From: Narcine bancroftii
Lineage: Eukaryota
Assembly (NCBI RefSeq): GCF_036971445.1
Contig: NC_091482.1
Span: 20,026,001-20,090,000 of the forward strand
Direction of reading: 5' to 3'
DNA length: 64,000 bases
In this document: positions 60,801 to 64,000 of the stretch, in pieces
How the letters are laid out: every line of letters starts with the position of its first letter
How positions within the stretch are numbered: the stretch's first letter is position 1
Program-made: the position numbers and the translations under genes
The notes under the pieces: model-generated
What the model was told of the DNA's origin: nothing
Database searches by the model: none
The model's input: the letters and a program-made list of their open reading frames with translations, nothing else

Positions 60801-63117
60801 AGGCAAACACCCAACACTACAAAAACAGCTTCTTCCCCTCTACCATTAGAGCTCAACTGGAGCTCAGGTTGCTGATGGTTTGGACTGACTCTGTGTAGCA
60901 GCAGGGGCTGCTGCAGCACTAGAGGCGAATTCACGGTCATTCAGTAGCCATTTTCACACCGCAAGCGAGCAGTGACCCTACTTTGTACCGGTGAAATTTC
61001 TCGGAATACAGGACCACCTGGTCCTTTCACGTTGTGGTCCAAGTTCCATGGAATTTGCCCTCCCCGGCAATTTAGGAGGATCTCACCCCCAACCGATGAT
61101 GCCTTACGTGCTCACAGGAGTAAGTTCACCCCCACCCCCGTCCGTTGGTCGCTCACCAGCTCCCTCTCTACCCATCGCCCCCCCCCACCACGTGCTTCAG
61201 CACAATCCTGGATGAACTGACAACTTTGTTTCCCATAATCCCTCACACAGCTGGAACCGCTCTGGGAGATCCAGCTGTGTGAGGGATTATGGTTAACGAG
61301 GACGGCCATTCATCCCCCATCGTGCTGCCGTCGCGACGTGCCGAAGCGGCCCGCTGTTTCAGAAGGTAGGAATCTTTTTAGTTCAATTGCCTTGGTGACA
61401 CAGCATGCAACCGCTGACATCACGAGGCTTCCCCCGCTTGGCCATTTGCCTTTTCACACCGCAGGGAGAGGGGAAGACTGGGAACATTAGCCAGGGCCCA
61501 CGAGGTAGGGCCACGGGACCCTTTAAAATTCCCGGGCAGACCTTTTCACGCCACAGGTTTGCGGGAAAATTTCCCAAGAATCTTCATTTTACACTGCGGC
61601 CTCGTGACTCTGGGGCAGACCATCCTTTGCTTCCCTTTCTCTGACTGTAAGAGGTGCTTCAGGCAACTTTTGCCTCATGGCAGACAAAAACAAATTCTGT
61701 GTGATGAATTGCATTCTCTTTCACGTGGAATAAAGGAATCTTGAATGAACTCCCTAACAGAGCCAGATGTCATTGCTCTGTAAATCATGGTCTATACAGG
61801 TCCAGTATATAGTGCTAGAAATACCCTACTGGCTTGTCCGTCGCGCCCTTACAAACAACTTGCGGCACAGATACAATCAACTGGTGTTGGGGGGATATAT
61901 ACTGATTATATCACCATGCCTACCCCTGGCTCCCCTCCGCCGCCCCCTCGCTTCCCCCCCCCCTCACCGCCGTCAGGGCCCCCCCCCCCCCCCCCCGCCA
62001 CCGGCCCAGGCCGGGCCCCCCCCCCCCCCCCGCCACCGGCCCAGGCCGGGCCCCCCCCCCCCCCCCCGCCACCGGCCCAGGCCGAGCCCCCCCCCCCCCC
62101 CGCCACCGGCCCAGGCCGAGCCCCCCCCCCCCCCGCCACCGGCCCAGGCCGAGCCCCCCCCCCCCCCCCGCCACCGGCCCAGGCCGAGCCCCCCCCCCCC
62201 CGCCACCGGCCCAGGCCGAGCCCCCCCCCCCCCGCCACCGGCCCAGGCCGAGCCCCCCCCCCCCCGCCACCGGCCCAGGCCGAGCCCCCCCCCCCCGCCA
62301 CCNNNNNNNNNNNNNNNNNNNNNNNNNNNNNNNNNNNNNNNNNNNNNNNNNNNNNNNNNNNNNNNNNNNNNNNNNNNNNNNNNNNNNNNNNNNNNNNNNN
62401 NNNNNNNNNNNNNNNNNNNNNNNNNNNNNNNNNNNNNNNCCCCTCCCCCCCCCCTCCCCCCCCCCCCCCTCCCCCCCCCCCCCTCCCCCCCCCCTCCCCC
62501 CCCCGCCCCCCCTCCCCCCCCCCCCGCCCCCCCCCCCCCCCTCCCCCCCCCCGCCCCCCCTCCCCCCCCCCGCCCCCCCTCCCCCCCCCCGCCCCCCCTC
62601 CCCCCCCCCGCCCCCCCTCCCCCCCCCCGCCCCCCCTCCCCCCCCCCGCCACCGGCCCAGGCCGAGCCCTCGCCCCCCCCCCCCCCCCGGCCACCGGCCC
62701 CCGGCCCCCGGCCCAGGCCGAGCCCCCCACCCCGCCCCCCCGCCCCCCCTCCCCCGCCCCCCCGCCACCGGCCCAGGCCGAGGCCGAGCCCTCGCCCCGC
62801 CACCGGCCCAGGCCGAGCCCTCGCCCCCCCCCCCCCCCGGCCACCGGCCCCCGGCCCCCGGCCCAGGCCGAGCCCCCCCCCCCGCCCCCCCGCCCCCCCT
62901 CCCCCGCCCCCCCGCCACCGGCCCAGGCCGAGGCCGAGCCCTCGCCCCGCCACCGGCCCAGGCCGAGCCCTCGCCCCCCCCCCCCCCCCCCCCGGCCACC
63001 GGCCCCCGGCCCAGGCCGAGCCCCAGCTCCCTTCCCTCTGTTTACTGACTAGCGCAGGTGACAGGCCGGACACCGGTATTTCGGAGCCGCCTCCTCGCAC
63101 ACGCCGCAAATCTTCAT
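54679..63117 (-). CDS. ZNHIT3: Zinc finger HIT domain-containing protein 3 (box C/D snoRNP assembly factor), whole gene span, 5 coding exons
   Basis: Spliced product [33 protein letters not shown]...LAESEELKSLLCNPHLRQLL...MQEPIFVEFADQCLQTVE; zf-HIT cysteines; phases 2/1/1/1 are consistent. Confidence 0.95.
55539..55601 (-). CDS. ZNHIT3: ZNHIT3 coding exon 4 (DDILGKDEDSDWVPLEKLKLL); may start at 55640 instead
   Basis: tttttgtccacag acceptor, gtatgt donor; aligns to human [20 protein letters not shown]. Confidence 0.85.
55679..56038. mobile_element. Tigger/pogo-like MITE, family C (short copy)
   Basis: Homologous to 45418-46344. Confidence 0.5.
56816..57725. repeat. 35-bp minisatellite (CCCAGTCCCCAGGCAGCGCCCCTGCCCAACCTGCT), about 26 copies, in ZNHIT3 intron 3
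   Basis: 24 near-identical units plus 2 diverged units, with degenerate copies in both flanks. Confidence 0.98.
58734..58823 (-). CDS. ZNHIT3: ZNHIT3 coding exon 3 (GDCKIQESGSVSSVSEISTDVGTVTWQNSK)
   Basis: ttacttag acceptor, gtagat donor; carries the last zf-HIT Cys; phase 1-1. Confidence 0.8.
59331..59362 (-). CDS. ZNHIT3: ZNHIT3 coding exon 2 ([11 protein letters not shown])
   Basis: cttttcag acceptor, gtatgg donor; 32 nt; completes the zf-HIT. Confidence 0.93.
59600..60850 (+). mobile_element. Degraded Rex/Babar-type LINE RT
   Basis: IRLLFSDYSSAFNTII, APQRCVLS, YKLADD, LNVSKTKELIVDF and FKFLGV remnants. Confidence 0.8.
61940..63025 (-). repeat. GC-rich VNTR (GCCACCGGCCCAGGCCGAG + C-run on + strand) and C-rich tract in ZNHIT3 intron 1
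   Basis: About 30-bp units with variable-length C homopolymers; higher-order duplication at about 62650-63020. Confidence 0.93.
62303..62439. other. Assembly gap inside the C-rich VNTR
   Basis: Run of N. Confidence 0.99.
63050..63117 (-). CDS. ZNHIT3: ZNHIT3 coding exon 1 ([22 protein letters not shown])
   Basis: gacATG start, TA|gtcagt donor (phase 2); an in-frame upstream ATG also exists at 63195. Confidence 0.9.
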
Positions 63118-63784
63118 GTCGCCGCCGCCACCAGCTGCCACAGGCGTTCGCGTTCCCCCGGGCGCTGGCAGAGCGGTTCCAGCTGCGTGGGGCATGATGG
63201 GTAGCGATGACGGCCATTGAGCTCCAACATCACAGCGTTTGCAGGCTTCCCTGTTTAACAACCTGCTCCTCACCGGCACGTCCTGGTGTTTGTTAAACAA
63301 GTGCAGGTGTACGTCCAGTGCCAGATTTACACTTGGTAAGGCCTTAAACTATATAAAGCTTGGTAAAAAAATTACAATACAAATTATTTTCAAATGAATG
63401 CATTTACTGATTACATGTTTATCATTTGGTTGTCTTGATCTCCATCATAGTTTATAATTTATAGTCTGGAAACAATATTTAAATGTAATTTTAAAAATAG
63501 TTTTAACATACATTAACATATCGTGGATTATGAGGCCCTAAGCTTGTTTAGCTTGTGCCTAAATGGGCGAGGGGCACCGGGGGTAGGCGTAGCTTACCTA
63601 AATCCGACCCTATACCGTGGCTCTCCTCCATCACTTTGGTGGGCAGGGGTAACCAATTTGTACAGATGAAATTGATTAAACTATTAAGACACAAAAACTG
63701 CAGGTGCTGCTATTTCTTAAAACATCATTTGAAAAGTTGCAGACGACATGAAGCTGGGTGGCATTGTAAGCTGTGTAGAGGCTG

Positions 63785-64000
63785 TTGAGAGTGTGCAGGG
63801 TGACTTGGACCGGTTAGGTGAATGGGCAGATGCAATATAATGTGGATAAGTGTGTGGTTATCCACTTTGGAGGAAAGAATGGAAGGGCTGAGTACTATCT
63901 TAATGGTATCCAATTAGGAAAAGGGGCGATGCAAAGAGATCTGGGTGTCGCTGTGCATCAGTCATTAAAAGTGGGCAGGCAGGTGCAGCAAGCAGTAAAA
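63785..64000 (+). mobile_element. CR1-like LINE RT fragment (continues beyond the window)
   Basis: VQGDLDRLGEWA and YNVDKCVVIHFGGKN..YYLNG...QRDLGV.VHQSLK. Confidence 0.85.

Larger units (their letters stand above)
61930..63300. promoter_or_regulatory. CpG island over the ZNHIT3 promoter, exon 1 and start of intron 1
   Basis: GC/CpG-rich segment around the ZNHIT3 start codon. Confidence 0.75.

Noticed and set aside
54876-63049. Intronic box C/D snoRNA in ZNHIT3
   Set aside because: No convincing C/D box pair with a terminal stem seen by eye; an Infernal/Rfam scan would be needed to exclude it.
61767-63217. Pro-rich or Gly-rich ORFs of 312-476 aa (formin/extensin-like)
   Set aside because: Translation of a C-run VNTR spanning an N gap in ZNHIT3 intron 1.

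Overview
Eukaryotic (vertebrate) genomic DNA, most likely a cartilaginous fish (inferred from HE1/V-SINE-like and DeuSINE/SacSINE-like SINEs plus CR1, Rex/Babar, L1/Tx1, RTE and Penelope relics). Two convergent protein-coding genes can be reconstructed by hand with consistent GT-AG splice phases. MYO19 (+ strand, 24 coding exons, 9286-49335, 2934 nt, about 977 aa) is a mitochondrial myosin XIX with P-loop GESGAGKT, switch I/II, 3 IQ motifs and a WPLG tail. ZNHIT3 (- strand, 5 coding exons, 63117-54679, about 149-162 aa) carries a zf-HIT domain. This is the same tail-to-tail arrangement as in human. The rest is introns and intergenic DNA full of transposable elements, tandem repeats and three assembly gaps. 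I see no prokaryote-type system and no novel protein-coding gene. The best leads are regulatory or structural: (1) a six-unit promoter minisatellite made of TCTCGCGAGA (BANP/CGCG) palindromes plus GC boxes; (2) an intronic antisense L1 with a consensus splice donor pointing into MYO19 exon 2 (L1 antisense-promoter/ORF0-like geometry); (3) templated-insertion scars at L1 junctions; (4) a fold-back Tc1 derivative containing a solo LTR; (5) a 35-bp G-quadruplex minisatellite; (6) G-rich tracts directly after exon 1 of both genes. All coordinates were read by eye, and repeat boundaries are approximate.
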